Of a DNA stretch of 64,000 nucleotides, positions 47,213 to 58,413 are shown piece after piece. Source of the DNA: Deltaproteobacteria bacterium (GTDB taxonomy: Bacteria; Desulfobacterota; GWC2-55-46; UBA9637); the NCBI GenBank assembly GCA_016219285.1, contig JACRNJ010000051.1, positions 5,620-69,619 of the forward strand, in the 5' to 3' direction. The notes beneath the pieces were generated by a model. The model did not search any database. It was not told the DNA's origin and saw only the letters and a program-made list of their open reading frames with translations. The translations under genes were made by a program, and so were the position numbers. Numbering within the stretch: the first letter of the stretch is position 1; each line of letters starts with the position of its first letter.

Positions 47213-47800
47213 TTGATCCAAAATATGGAAGAAGATAAAACCATCAGGACATTCATTGCCATAGAATTGCCGGTAAGAATATCTGATGAATTAAACAAGG
47301 TTCAGAATGAATTAAAAGACGGTGCTAATAAAGTAACATGGGTCAAGACAGGAAATATCCACCTTACCGTAAAATTTCTTGGCAATATAGAAACTAACAG
47401 GATAAATAGCATAGAGCAGATATTGGAAAGTGTGGTTTGTAAAGGCCATATTTTTAATATAACCATTAAAGGAATCGGGGTATTCCCCAGTATGAATAAT
47501 CCGAGGGTGATATGGATTGGCGTAGAAGAAAATGGCACAAACCTGGCTCAGCTTTATAACAATCTTGAAGATGGCCTTACAACACTGGGTTTTGAAAAAG
47601 AAGAGAGGATTTTCAAACCACATCTTACCATGGGAAGGATCAAGTTTCTAAAAGATAAAAAACTTTTAAAGCAGCGATTGGAAAAAAATGCGGATATAAA
47701 CCTTGGGCAATTTGCAGTAGACAGCCTATGCCTTTTTGAAAGTAAGCTAACACCGGAAGGAGTGGTTTATACAAAATTGAAAAAGGCGAAGCTAAAATAA
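47213..47800 (+). CDS. thpR: RNA 2',3'-cyclic phosphodiesterase (2H phosphoesterase, ThpR/LigT).
   Basis: Two H-x-T/S-x motifs: HLTVKFLG and HLTMGR. Confidence 0.75.
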   Translation: MIQNMEEDKTIRTFIAIELPVRISDELNKVQNELKDGANKVTWVKTGNIHLTVKFLGNIETNRINSIEQILESVVCKGHIFNITIKGIGVFPSMNNPRVIWIGVEENGTNLAQLYNNLEDGLTTLGFEKEERIFKPHLTMGRIKFLKDKKLLKQRLEKNADINLGQFAVDSLCLFESKLTPEGVVYTKLKKAKLK

Positions 47801-47891
47801 CTACTAGTCAGAGTGTTAAAGAATCAGAATATAAAAGTAAACTCTGACTCTATGAATCTTTGACTCTTTGACACTAAAAAAGGAGGCCTCA

Positions 47892-48971
47892 ATGGCAGCA
47901 ACAGATAAAGAAAAGGCAATTGACCTGGCAATAGGCCAGATTGAGAAACAGTTTGGAAAAGGTTCTATCATGCGGCTGGACAAGGAGACAGGCATAGCCG
48001 CTGACATACCTGTAATATCCACAGGCTCTGCTGCCATCAACATAGCCCTCGGCACCGGCGGAGTCCCAAGGGGAAGGGTGGTTGAGATATTTGGACCTGA
48101 GTCTTCAGGAAAAACCACCCTCACCCTTCATATAATAGCCGAAGCGCAGAAAGCAGGCGGAACCGCCGCATTTATAGATGCGGAACATGCGCTGGATTTA
48201 GAATATGCCAGAAAACTTGGCGTAAAAACCAGCGAACTCCTTTTATCGCAGCCTGACACAGGCGAACAGGCCCTTGAGATTGCAGAGGTGCTTATAAGGA
48301 GCGGCGCAATTGATGTTCTTGCCATAGATTCTGTCGCAGCGCTTGTGCCGCGGGCTGAACTGGAAGGAGAAATGGGCGATGCCCATATGGGCCTTCAGGC
48401 AAGGCTTATGAGCCAGGCGCTGAGAAAGCTTACATCAACCATAAGCAAGTCAAAGACGTGCATGATTTTTATCAACCAGATAAGGCAAAAGATAGGCGTA
48501 ATGTTCGGAAACCCGGAGACCACCACAGGCGGAAACGCCTTAAAATTCTATGCCTCTGTAAGGATAGATATAAGGAGAATCGGAGCCATTAAACAGGGAG
48601 AAGATGTCATAGGCAACAGGACAAGGGTGAAGATTGTGAAAAACAAACTTGCGCCGCCGTTTAAGGACGCTGAGTTAGACATACTCTATAATGAAGGCAT
48701 ATCCAGGGAAGGAGATTTGATTGACCTTGGCGTTCAGTCATCTATAATTGAGAAAAGCGGCGTATGGTTTTCTTATAATGGAGAGAGAATGGGACAAGGC
48801 AGGGAAGCCGCAAGGCTTTATCTAAAAGAACATGGCAGCATTGCCTCTGATGTGGAAAAAAAGATATACCAGCATCTTGGCATAAACCTTGCTAAAAAGG
48901 AAACACCTCCTGTAAAAACAGAAGAAAAGACAAAATTGTCCAGCATGGTAAAAGGGAAAAAAGAGGCCTGA
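47892..48971 (+). CDS. recA: Recombinase RecA.
   Basis: Walker [10 protein letters not shown] and the full RecA core. The ORF could alternatively start at 47868. Confidence 0.95.
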   Translation: MAATDKEKAIDLAIGQIEKQFGKGSIMRLDKETGIAADIPVISTGSAAINIALGTGGVPRGRVVEIFGPESSGKTTLTLHIIAEAQKAGGTAAFIDAEHALDLEYARKLGVKTSELLLSQPDTGEQALEIAEVLIRSGAIDVLAIDSVAALVPRAELEGEMGDAHMGLQARLMSQALRKLTSTISKSKTCMIFINQIRQKIGVMFGNPETTTGGNALKFYASVRIDIRRIGAIKQGEDVIGNRTRVKIVKNKLAPPFKDAELDILYNEGISREGDLIDLGVQSSIIEKSGVWFSYNGERMGQGREAARLYLKEHGSIASDVEKKIYQHLGINLAKKETPPVKTEEKTKLSSMVKGKKEA

Positions 48972-49028
48972 TTGCCGGAATTATGACAACCGATTAGAAA
49001 CCATTAAAGCAAAGGGGTATAGAAGATA

Positions 49029-50189
49029 TTGGAGTTGCATGATGTATTAAGCATTGCAGTTAAGGAAAAGGCATCCGATGTGCACCTCAAGGCAGGTCTG
49101 CCGCCTATATTGAGGGTATACGGAAATCTTACTCCTGTAAGAAACCATGAAAGATTCACTCCTGATGACATAGCCAAAATAGCCATGAGGCTTATGAATG
49201 ACCAGCAGAAGGAAATCTTCAAAACCATGCACCATATAGACATGGCATACAACGTGCCTGGTCTCGGAAGATTCAGGGTAAATATATTCCTTCAGAGAGG
49301 CGCTACAGGCATGGTCTTCAGGGTTATTCCTATGGTTATCAGCTCTATTTCAGACCTCAATCTGCCTAAGGTATTAGAAAAGATTTCAAGCGAATCAAGG
49401 GGGTTAATCCTCGTAACCGGCGTAACAGGCAGCGGCAAATCCACCACCATTGCATCTATGATAGACCACATAAACAACCACTCCACATATAATGTAATAA
49501 CAATTGAGGACCCTATTGAATTTCTGCACAGGGACAAAAAGTGCATAATCAATCAAAGGGAAATCGGGATTGACGCCAGAAATTTTTCCGAGGCGCTGCG
49601 GAGCGCTCTCAGGCAGGACCCTGACATTATTATGGTAGGAGAGATGCGGGATATGGAAACCGTAGAGATAGCGCTTTTAGCTGCCGAGACAGGCCACCTG
49701 GTCTTTTCAACACTGCATACAATAGATGCAATGGAGACCATAAACCGCATAGTAGCTGTATTCCCGCCGTATCAGCAGAAACAGATAAGGATACAGCTAG
49801 CAGGCGTAATAAAGGCGATAATTTCACAGAGGCTTCTTCCCACAAAGGATGGGAAAAACAGGGTGCCGGCTGCGGAGATAATGGTATCCACGGCCAGAAT
49901 AAGGGAGTGCATAGAAGATAAAGAAAAGACAAAGGTCATATTGGATGCAATTGTCAAAGGCCACACAACATATGGAATGCAGACATTTGACCAATCGATA
50001 ATGGAGCTCCTCAACAAGGGGCTTATCTCTTATGAGGAGGCAATATCGCAGGCAAGCAATGCTGATGACTTTGCTCTCAGGGTTAATGGCGTAACTGCAA
50101 CAACTGATCAAGGATGGAAAGAGTTTGATGTGGCCAAAGAGACTCAAAAGAAAAAACAAGAGCCAAAGATAGATATAGAAAGGTTTTGA
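49029..50189 (+). CDS. pilT: Type IV pilus retraction ATPase PilT.
   Basis: GVTGSGKST Walker A, Asp box and His box. 386 aa. Confidence 0.85.
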   Translation: MELHDVLSIAVKEKASDVHLKAGLPPILRVYGNLTPVRNHERFTPDDIAKIAMRLMNDQQKEIFKTMHHIDMAYNVPGLGRFRVNIFLQRGATGMVFRVIPMVISSISDLNLPKVLEKISSESRGLILVTGVTGSGKSTTIASMIDHINNHSTYNVITIEDPIEFLHRDKKCIINQREIGIDARNFSEALRSALRQDPDIIMVGEMRDMETVEIALLAAETGHLVFSTLHTIDAMETINRIVAVFPPYQQKQIRIQLAGVIKAIISQRLLPTKDGKNRVPAAEIMVSTARIRECIEDKEKTKVILDAIVKGHTTYGMQTFDQSIMELLNKGLISYEEAISQASNADDFALRVNGVTATTDQGWKEFDVAKETQKKKQEPKIDIERF

Positions 50190-50265
50190 AAAATATTTAC
50201 GATTTTAGATTTACGATTTTAGATTTTTAAATCCTAATTCGTAGTTCGTAGTTCGTAAATGAAAA

Positions 50266-50760
50266 ATGCCAAAGTATCCAGAAAAAGAAACCCCTTATGC
50301 CAAAACCATCGCCCTGAAATACCTATCCCGTGCGCCAAAGAGCACAAGGGATGTTGAGCTAAAACTAAAGGAAAAGGGTTTTGCTGAAGATGTAATTAAA
50401 GAAACAGCAGGCTATCTCACAGATTACGGTTACCTCAATGACAGGATGTTTGCAAAAAACTGGGCTGCCTCAAGAATAAAACTGCGCCATTGGGGGGAAA
50501 ACAGAATCACGCACGGCCTCAGACAAAATGGTGTATCAGAAGAAATAATTAAGCAGGTTGTTGATATCGCAGCGGCAGATGAATTGGATACGGCAAAGAT
50601 TGCGCTTGAAAAATGGCTTAAAAACAAGAGACAAGAAAAACTAAAAGAAAAACTAAAACAAAAGGCATTCAGGCATCTTCAGACAAAGGGATTCCCTTTA
50701 TCAATAATTATCTCTGTTACGAAAAAATATTTGGGAGATTTAGAAGTATCTGAACTGTAA
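50266..50760 (+). CDS. recX: Regulatory protein RecX.
   Basis: 164 aa helical-repeat protein between recA/pilT and alaS. YLSR...R motif. Confidence 0.6.
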   Translation: MPKYPEKETPYAKTIALKYLSRAPKSTRDVELKLKEKGFAEDVIKETAGYLTDYGYLNDRMFAKNWAASRIKLRHWGENRITHGLRQNGVSEEIIKQVVDIAAADELDTAKIALEKWLKNKRQEKLKEKLKQKAFRHLQTKGFPLSIIISVTKKYLGDLEVSEL

Positions 50761-50826
50761 ATTAAAGATTGTAAATTTGCAATTTGACATTTATAATTTG
50801 TATTTTACAATGGAGCAAAGCAACTA

Positions 50827-53460
50827 ATGAAGACCAATGAGATAAGAAAGACATTCCTTGAATATTTCAGAAAAAACGGACACGCAATCGTCCCTTCATC
50901 TCCGCTTGTGCCGAAAGGAGACCCTACTTTATTGTTTACCAACGCAGGCATGGTTCAATTCAAGGGGGTCTTCCTCGGTGAGGAAAAAAGGGATTATAAA
51001 AGGGCGGTCACAGCCCAAAAGTGCATGAGGGCAGGCGGCAAGCATAATGATCTTGAAAATGTCGGCAGGACAGCGAGGCACCACACATTTTTTGAGATGC
51101 TCGGCAATTTTTCATTTGGAGACTATTTTAAAGAAGATGCAATAAAATTTGCATGGGATTTTATGACAATGGAGATGGGACTTGACCAAAAGAGGCTGTG
51201 GGTCACTGTATTTGAAGATGACGCAGATGCTGCAGATATATGGAAAAACAGCACAGGCATACCAGGAGAACGCATTGTTCTTATGGGAGAAAAAGATAAT
51301 TTCTGGACAATGGGAGATGTTGGACCATGTGGACCATGCTCGGAGATTATAATAGACCAAGGAAAAGATGTGGGCTGCGGCAGACCGGAGTGCGCCATTG
51401 GATGCGCTTGTGACAGGTTTCTTGAACTCTGGAATCTTGTATTCATGCAGTACAATAGAGATTTAAAAGGGAGGCTTACACAATTGCCGAAGCCAAGCAT
51501 TGACACAGGCATGGGCCTTGAACGACTGAGTTCTGTGATGCAGGGCAAAAAAAGTAATTACGATGGCGATATCTTTATGCCAATTATTAATTTCATAGAA
51601 GATGAGTCAGGGAAAAATTATGGAGAAACTGAGATAAATGACGTATCAATCAGGGCTATTGCAGACCACAGCCGCGCGGTTACATTCCTTATTGCAGACG
51701 GCATACTGCCGAGTAATGAAGGCCGCGGTTATGTTCTGAGAAGGATTTTAAGAAGGGCATCCAGACATGGAAAACTCCTCGGCATAAATGAGCCGTTTCT
51801 ATATAAGGTATGCGGCAAGGTAATAGAAGTGATGGGAGAGGCATATGCTGAAATAATAACAGCCAGAAATTCCATTGTAAAAGCGATAGAAGGCGAAGAA
51901 TCGCGGTTTCTTGAGACACTTGAGCGAGGATTAAACATATTGGGTGAGGCGGTGAAGGCATTAAAACGAAAAAGAGCGAAAATAATCCCTGGCGATATCG
52001 CTTTTAAACTTTACGACACTTACGGTTTTCCTATAGACCTGACAGCCGACATAGTCAAGGCGGAAAGTTTTTCCATAGATGAAGAAGGTTTCAATGCATC
52101 TATGGAAGAACAAAGGCTTAAGGCAAGAGGGGCATGGAAAGGCTCGGGGGAAATCAAGACCCAGGACCTTTATAAAAAAATCTTAACCGATGGCATAAAA
52201 ACAATTTTTACAGGATACCATGCAGATGCCGCATCATCAAATGTTACCTGTCTTATAAAAGATGGAATAATTAGCGGCGCTGCCCATCAAGGGGATAGTA
52301 TAGAGGTTATAACGGAAGAAACACCATTTTATGGTGAATCGGGCGGTCAGGTGGGCGATATAGGCGCTATTGTGGGAGAAGGCTTTGAAATGGCTGTACT
52401 GGATACAAAAAAACCTTTGCCAGATTTAATTGTCCATCACTGTACAGTAAAAAAAGGCAGTCTTATAACAGGCGCTGCTGTTAAGCTAATCCCTGATTTA
52501 AATACAAGAAAGGCAACAAGTCGTCATCACACAGCAACCCATCTCATCCATACAGCTCTTAGGAATATACTTGGCAAACATGTGCGTCAATCCGGCTCGC
52601 TGGTAGGTCCAACACGAATTAGATTCGATTACAGCCACTTCTCTCCTTTGTCTGAAAAAGAAATTGCTAAAATAGAATATATGGTAAATGAAAAAATAAT
52701 GGAAAACCTCGATGTATCAACAGAAACCCTATGTTACAAGGACGCCATAACAAAAGGGGCGTTGGCATTTTTTGATGAGAAATACGGAGACATGGTAAGG
52801 ATGATAGCCGTAAATGGATTCAGCAAGGAATTATGCGGCGGTATTCATGTTAAGAGAACCGGCGATATCGGCGTAGTCAAGATTACAGGCGACTATTCTG
52901 TTGCGGCAGGTATCCGAAGGATAGAAGCAGCAGCAGGTGTTGCAGCCCTAAAAACTATAACGGAACAAGAAAATATAATGAAAGAGGCAGTGTCCATATT
53001 AAAAACCTCAACAAAGGAACTGCCTGATAAGATAAATAAACTCATCCAGCATCAAAAGACGCTTGAAAAAGAGATAGCATCTCTCGAGGCAAAACTCAAG
53101 AGCGGCGATGCGGATGCCGTGCTTGAACAATTACGAGTAGTCAAAGACATTCAAGTGATTGCATCGGAAGTGGAGGCCAGTGGGCCTGATGATTTACGGC
53201 AGATGGCCGATACGTTGAGGATGAAAATAAAATCAGGCATTGTGGTTCTGGGGAGCAAGACAAACGGTAAGGCATTGATACTTGCCGCAATAACCAAAGA
53301 TTTGTCAAACAGATTTAATGCCGGCAGCATCATTAAAGAACTTGCGCCAGTGATAGGCGGGAAAGGCGGCGGAAAAGCGGACATGGCGCAGGCAGGCGGA
53401 GATAATCCCGCAGGATTAAAAAAGGCGATGGAAAAGGTATACCACATCATTGATACGTAA
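50827..53460 (+). CDS. alaS: Alanyl-tRNA synthetase.
   Basis: Class II motifs, HxxxH...CGGxH editing-domain zinc motif (HTATHLIHTA...CGGIH), C-terminal DHHA1. 877 aa. Confidence 0.95.
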   Translation: MKTNEIRKTFLEYFRKNGHAIVPSSPLVPKGDPTLLFTNAGMVQFKGVFLGEEKRDYKRAVTAQKCMRAGGKHNDLENVGRTARHHTFFEMLGNFSFGDYFKEDAIKFAWDFMTMEMGLDQKRLWVTVFEDDADAADIWKNSTGIPGERIVLMGEKDNFWTMGDVGPCGPCSEIIIDQGKDVGCGRPECAIGCACDRFLELWNLVFMQYNRDLKGRLTQLPKPSIDTGMGLERLSSVMQGKKSNYDGDIFMPIINFIEDESGKNYGETEINDVSIRAIADHSRAVTFLIADGILPSNEGRGYVLRRILRRASRHGKLLGINEPFLYKVCGKVIEVMGEAYAEIITARNSIVKAIEGEESRFLETLERGLNILGEAVKALKRKRAKIIPGDIAFKLYDTYGFPIDLTADIVKAESFSIDEEGFNASMEEQRLKARGAWKGSGEIKTQDLYKKILTDGIKTIFTGYHADAASSNVTCLIKDGIISGAAHQGDSIEVITEETPFYGESGGQVGDIGAIVGEGFEMAVLDTKKPLPDLIVHHCTVKKGSLITGAAVKLIPDLNTRKATSRHHTATHLIHTALRNILGKHVRQSGSLVGPTRIRFDYSHFSPLSEKEIAKIEYMVNEKIMENLDVSTETLCYKDAITKGALAFFDEKYGDMVRMIAVNGFSKELCGGIHVKRTGDIGVVKITGDYSVAAGIRRIEAAAGVAALKTITEQENIMKEAVSILKTSTKELPDKINKLIQHQKTLEKEIASLEAKLKSGDADAVLEQLRVVKDIQVIASEVEASGPDDLRQMADTLRMKIKSGIVVLGSKTNGKALILAAITKDLSNRFNAGSIIKELAPVIGGKGGGKADMAQAGGDNPAGLKKAMEKVYHIIDT

Positions 53461-53461
53461 T

Positions 53462-53612
53462 TTGTCCATCCCCAATTGAAACACTTGGGGACAAGTTTAT
53501 GGACGTATTTAAAACGCCGATTCACCCCGTTAGAAGTTCATTTTAAGGAAGTTAACAATGTTACTAAAGTTTCATCAAAATCTTCAATTGAAAAACTTCT
53601 AACGGGGTGAAT
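53462..53612 (+). repeat. Structured repeat, family copy e (CCCCAATT-type subfamily), with a large nested hairpin (CCCCGTTAGAAGTT...AACTTCTAACGGGG) inside the GCCGAT/ATCGGC stem.
   Basis: ttgtccatccccaattgaaacacttggggacaag also seen (reverse complement) at 63078-63152. Confidence 0.55.
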
Positions 53613-53650
53613 CGGCAACTACTAAATTAAAGGGGGAGGAGGTAACTATT

Positions 53651-53971
53651 ATGGCAACTGACATCTTTAGAAGGGCGGCGCTTATGGGTATAGGAATAAT
53701 GAGCCTGACAGAAGAAAAGGTTAAAGAACTGGTAAAAGAACTGGAATCAAAAGGAGAGGTAACTGAAAAAGAAGGCAAGGAATTATTAAAAGACCTTATA
53801 GCAAAGGCAGACAAAGAAAAAAAAACGATAGAAGAAAATATTAAAAAAGGGATTAAAGATTATCTCGCAAAGGTCAACATCGCCAGCAGAGAAGATATGA
53901 TAAAACTTGAAAAAAGGGTCAATGGCCTTGAGGAAAAGGTAAGAGAATTGATAAAGACAGTGGAGGCATAA
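53651..53971 (+). CDS. Phasin-family (polyhydroxyalkanoate granule-associated) protein.
   Basis: 106 aa coiled-coil. N-terminus MATDIFRRAALMGIGIMS typical of phasins. Confidence 0.5.
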   Translation: MATDIFRRAALMGIGIMSLTEEKVKELVKELESKGEVTEKEGKELLKDLIAKADKEKKTIEENIKKGIKDYLAKVNIASREDMIKLEKRVNGLEEKVRELIKTVEA

Positions 53972-54170
53972 AGAACAGATGTGGCCTTCCTGTATTATGT
54001 CTTCGATACTTGGTGCAATAACCACGACTGCCTATTATACATGCCATATAGAACCCTCCCTGTGCTGTCTTTTTAGCTTCCATTAGGATTTTTGCAACAG
54101 ACTCTTTGAAAGGAGTTTTTCGGCAGCTTGCTAAACGCACATCATTCGAATTTTGCTCTGCAAAATTTAT

Positions 54171-54247
54171 TGGGGTGGACGAGGGGATTTGAACCCCCGA
54201 CCCTCGGAGCCACAGTCCGATGCTCTAACCGCTGAGCTACGCCCACC
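54171..54247 (-). tRNA. tRNA-His (anticodon GTG) with the extra 5' G-1.
   Basis: Hand-folded cloverleaf. Anticodon loop CUGUGGC, G-1 present, CCA encoded. Confidence 0.85.
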
Positions 54248-54260
54248 ATTGAACTAAAAT

Positions 54261-54285
54261 CCTAAAAATAGACATTGCTTCTTTT
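54261..54285. repeat. Partial hairpin-motif copy (CCTAAAAATAGACATTGCTTCTTTT) directly upstream of tRNA-His.
   Basis: Direct reading. Confidence 0.4.
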
Positions 54286-54324
54286 CACTAACTACTCACC
54301 ACTGAGCGCTATTCACTGCCTTTT

Positions 54325-54401
<77 letters not shown>

Positions 54402-54425
54402 AATGGGTATATTTATCACTAATCT

Positions 54426-54502
<77 letters not shown>

Positions 54503-54859
54503 TAAAGTCCAGTATATCTTGAGACCTTTGAATTTTCCATAATTCAGGCTATTGTTTCTATATGTTGTCCTATTTTTTCAGAATCAGCTTTGATTGCTCG
54601 TTGCAGAGGGCATTTTAATGTATTTGTCTCTAATTTGCAAGATATTTCAATGAGTTTAAATGAGTTGTCTTTGAAAATCTCTCTTTTCCCTCTGCTTCCA
54701 GAATCTATATTCATCCCTTTCTGACGTCCCTCTCCTGCTCGTATCGCCTTTTCCATCTAAAGAGATGCAGAAATATTAGTCTTGCAAAGGTCTCCTTTTG
54801 TTAGAAATAAATCTATAAATATATTGATTCTAATTAAGAGTAAGTTGTCAGCGCTATTA

Positions 54860-55732
54860 TCATAATACGCATATTTTCTTTATAAGACATGCTTCGCATT
54901 TTTTTAAATCTTTTCGCTTAGGACAATGCTCTAATATTCCGAGCCTGCAGAGGGCAAAGTCATATTTTATAGGATCTTCCGGGTCAAGCATTTTCAGGTT
55001 TGCCGTAATCTCCTCTGCCATTTTCCAGTCAGGACTTTTTCTTTTGGTAAGGCCAATGTTCTTGGATATCCGCGCAATATGCGTATCAAGGGGGATTACT
55101 AGTTTGCATGGCTGTATATCCTTCCAAAGACCAAAATCAAGACTATCCCCGTTTCGCACCATCCATCTCAGATAAAGGTTCAGCCTTTTACAAGGGCTCC
55201 CGTCTTTTGGAGATGGAAAGAAAAATCTTACCCCTGCATTTACTGGAAGTTTTTTTTTGTCCGCCCTTGCAATATTAGAATAGATAGCAGATGAGTCAAG
55301 CGATAAAACCCTTTCAGAAAAATTTACAAGCGCATTTTTTATATTTGCATCTCCTGAATTATAACCCTTAAGAAAGAATGCTCCGATAGACCCATTCTTT
55401 TCAATCATCTGCTTTGCAAAATAAACAAGACAGGCGATATCTCTTCCACTATTAAACCTATGGATAAAACCGTCAAATATCTTTGCATCTTTTTCAGGGT
55501 TGAAATTAATAACAAATTTATATGGCTGATTATCCATCCGCTTCAGCACACTTCTTATGCTTACAAGAATCCTATTAACCTGGCCGTATGCAAGTGAAGA
55601 TGCGATAAGGCCTATCACCTCCCTATCTTTTGGCTCTTTAAATTGATGAACAACTTCAAGAGGGTCAGGTGAAAGAAATTTCAGGTCAAAGGTAAGATAG
55701 AGTTTATTAAGGTATGTTTTCAGATTTTTCAT
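54860..55732 (-). CDS. Conserved hypothetical protein (DUF2400/TIGR02757-like) with Cys-rich C-terminus.
   Basis: 290 aa. C-terminal HCPKRKDLKKCEACLIKKIC. Confidence 0.35.
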   Translation of the reverse strand: MKNLKTYLNKLYLTFDLKFLSPDPLEVVHQFKEPKDREVIGLIASSLAYGQVNRILVSIRSVLKRMDNQPYKFVINFNPEKDAKIFDGFIHRFNSGRDIACLVYFAKQMIEKNGSIGAFFLKGYNSGDANIKNALVNFSERVLSLDSSAIYSNIARADKKKLPVNAGVRFFFPSPKDGSPCKRLNLYLRWMVRNGDSLDFGLWKDIQPCKLVIPLDTHIARISKNIGLTKRKSPDWKMAEEITANLKMLDPEDPIKYDFALCRLGILEHCPKRKDLKKCEACLIKKICVL

Positions 55733-55866
55733 GCAGTCTCACATTATGAGACTTTGTAGTTTATTTTATACTGGCAGCCCCTATAATTCCTCACTCTGAA
55801 AATTTTGCTTACCTCATTGATACGGCCGGCTTTGCTTTCATCTTCGTTTGGCAAGTTGCAAAGGTC

Positions 55867-56592
55867 TCATAAAAACTTAACCAGCACTGTTGTTATATTA
55901 TCATCTCCGCCGTTAAAATTTGCAAGAGCTATAAGCTCTTCGCAGGCGCTGTCAAGATTGTCGCCGCATCTCTTGGCAATATCAAGCATATCATTATCTT
56001 CTACCAGCGATGAAAGGCCGTCAGAGCAAATGAGTATCAAATCGTTTTTTATTGCCTCCTCATCCCGTGTGTCTATCTCAATGGTTTGTGTTGTTCCAAT
56101 GGCTCTTGTAATAACATTTTTATATTTTGATGTTTTTGCTTCTTCCTTTGTTATAAGCCCCATAGAAAGTTGCATACCTACCATGGAATGGTCTGTGGAA
56201 AGCTGTTCGATGCTGTTATTTCTTATCCTGTAAATCCTGCTGTCGCCTACATTTGCTGTTGCAAAGCCGCCGTTATAAATTAGTATGCCGGTAATGGTTG
56301 TGCCCATGCCTTTCATACCCTGCCCTTTTTCCGCCATCTCAAATACGGCCTTATTGGCAAGATGTATCGCCCTTGCAAAAACCTCCGAATTTGGCGGTCC
56401 TTTCCTTAGCCAGTCAGAAAGACTCAGCTTTACCACTTCAACCGCTGTCTGGCTTGCGATTTCGCCTGCTGCATGGCCGCCCATGCCGTCTGCCACAAGG
56501 AAAAGCCCAATATCCCCTGCTGCACAAAAGCTGTCCTCGTTAAGCTTCCGTTTTTTACCAACATCTGTTTTTGATGAAAATTGTATGTTCAT
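55867..56592 (-). CDS. PP2C-family Ser/Thr protein phosphatase.
   Basis: DVGKKRKLNEDSF...VADGMGGHAAGEIAS...DGL motifs. Confidence 0.85.
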   Translation of the reverse strand: MNIQFSSKTDVGKKRKLNEDSFCAAGDIGLFLVADGMGGHAAGEIASQTAVEVVKLSLSDWLRKGPPNSEVFARAIHLANKAVFEMAEKGQGMKGMGTTITGILIYNGGFATANVGDSRIYRIRNNSIEQLSTDHSMVGMQLSMGLITKEEAKTSKYKNVITRAIGTTQTIEIDTRDEEAIKNDLILICSDGLSSLVEDNDMLDIAKRCGDNLDSACEELIALANFNGGDDNITTVLVKFL

Positions 56593-56799
56593 ACAATTAG
56601 GCTTAAGGCGCAGGAAGGGTGCTGCCAGGGATTGCATCCTTCGCAGCCGCATCTGAATCTGTCTATTTTTATACTATAGGGTGCGTGGTTTTGCAATAGC
56701 TTTATGATGGAAGGTGAGAGAAATGAGACAGATTGATTTTAAACTGCAAGGTTGGCCAAAGCCAGCCACAAAAAAATTCTATCAAGGGATTTCATTTGT

Positions 56800-58341
56800 T
56801 TACCCACCGAACCTCTTATTATGAAACCCCACATAATTCAGCATCAAACCTGCTGCAAGGTAGCCTCCAAAAAGGGTTGCCGGTACTGATGAGCTTATCT
56901 GCCATGGAAGGAAGAGGCCGCCGTTTTCCAACGGCGAATGGATGATGCCGAACAAAGATAAAATTGCTGCGGCAAAGAAATAGAACGCAGCGGTGTGAAG
57001 TTTGTGGTCTATAATATAGGCAATTGCGGCTCCCCAGAGCATGGAGGAAACAATAAAGCCGTTGGCCAGAACAATGATACTGTGGTATGTTTCTGCGAAT
57101 CCGCCGGTGAGATCAACGGCGCTTTTCCCTACATTCCCAAGAAGCGAGCCAATCTCTATCAAAAGCAAATCAGCAATCACAGGCACAAACGCAAACGCAA
57201 TCGCCTTTGCATGTTTTTTCGGTGTTGCCTCAAATGCCTGGGCAGTTATCTCCATGCCTATAAAGATGAGTATTGGCGCAACTGCGGCCTTTGGAAGGAG
57301 ATTTACAAAAAACGAGAGATAGCCGACAAGGCCGCCGATACCGATGAACAGGGCTGTTGCAAAGGTATAGCCCGCCCTTCCGCCCATGTCTTTGTACGCA
57401 GGGTGTCCAATATACGGCGTTGACTGAGCGACACCTCCGCACATTCCGGCAATAATTGTGGCTATGCCATCAGTTAATATAATATGTTTGGTATTGTATT
57501 CATCGCCTGCAACTGCAGCGCTCTCTGTTACATCCACCGAGCCGACTATAATGGCAAGGGCAAAGGGTATGGCCACAGGCAGGTAGGGGAGCGCATGGGG
57601 AAGCCCCTCAAAAAATCCGAACGTTGGCAAAGGAAATGAGATGGTAAAGTTTGCGGAATCTGAGAGGTGGAGCTTTTCAGCAGGTATCACCCCTGCAAGA
57701 TAGAGTAAATAAAAAATCGCTGTGCCAAAACCCACGGCTGCTAATGCGCCGGGGACTTTAAACGGGAACCGCACCTTGGCAATAAGGGTCATGAGGATAA
57801 TACCGAATGAGATAAAACCCACAATAGGATTGGCAAATACCTCCAGCGAAGGGAGAAAGGCAATCAGAATAAGCGCTACTGCTGCTATTGAACCAAGAAG
57901 TCCTGCCCTTGGCACATTCTTTCTTATGGACGGCCCTATCCATGCGCCGATGATTTTTATCACGCCCATTGCCACGACCACAGCCATTGCTATCTGCCAT
58001 GAGAGCATCGCATCCTTTGTAGCAAGAAACGCAGGCCCTATAACACCGAATGTGAGGCCGAATGTGGAAGGGGTGTCAAGACCGAGGGGCATTGCCGTCA
58101 CATCATCACGGCCTGTCTTTTTTGCAAGCTTTATAGCCATCCATGTATAAACCATGTCGCCTATAAGGACACCGATGGCAGTGCCGGGAATCATCTTGTA
58201 GAGGACTATATCAGCAGGGAATTGAAATACGCCGATGAGGATTCCGGCCATGATGACCATATCGCTCATATTGTCGCCCATGAGGCCGAAGAAGGCATTT
58301 ATATCGCCGAGGCGGAACCAGTGGTAGACGGGTTTTTGCAC
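56800..58341 (-). CDS. NCS2/AzgA-family nucleobase (purine) permease.
   Basis: GDINAFFGLM at the N-terminus and STPYIGHPAYKDMGGRAGYTF resemble AzgA-family adenine/guanine/hypoxanthine permeases. Confidence 0.6.
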   Translation of the reverse strand: MQKPVYHWFRLGDINAFFGLMGDNMSDMVIMAGILIGVFQFPADIVLYKMIPGTAIGVLIGDMVYTWMAIKLAKKTGRDDVTAMPLGLDTPSTFGLTFGVIGPAFLATKDAMLSWQIAMAVVVAMGVIKIIGAWIGPSIRKNVPRAGLLGSIAAVALILIAFLPSLEVFANPIVGFISFGIILMTLIAKVRFPFKVPGALAAVGFGTAIFYLLYLAGVIPAEKLHLSDSANFTISFPLPTFGFFEGLPHALPYLPVAIPFALAIIVGSVDVTESAAVAGDEYNTKHIILTDGIATIIAGMCGGVAQSTPYIGHPAYKDMGGRAGYTFATALFIGIGGLVGYLSFFVNLLPKAAVAPILIFIGMEITAQAFEATPKKHAKAIAFAFVPVIADLLLIEIGSLLGNVGKSAVDLTGGFAETYHSIIVLANGFIVSSMLWGAAIAYIIDHKLHTAAFYFFAAAILSLFGIIHSPLENGGLFLPWQISSSVPATLFGGYLAAGLMLNYVGFHNKRFGG

Positions 58342-58413
58342 AGAAAGACCTCTAAAAACTTTTGGTTTGTAGAAACCGCATCTTTATAAAGATTGTGCAG
58401 GGTTTCTTTCTCG

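Noticed and set aside
56285-56656. 123 aa + strand ORF opposite the PP2C phosphatase.
   Set aside because: The PP2C motifs are on the - strand. The + strand ORF has no support.
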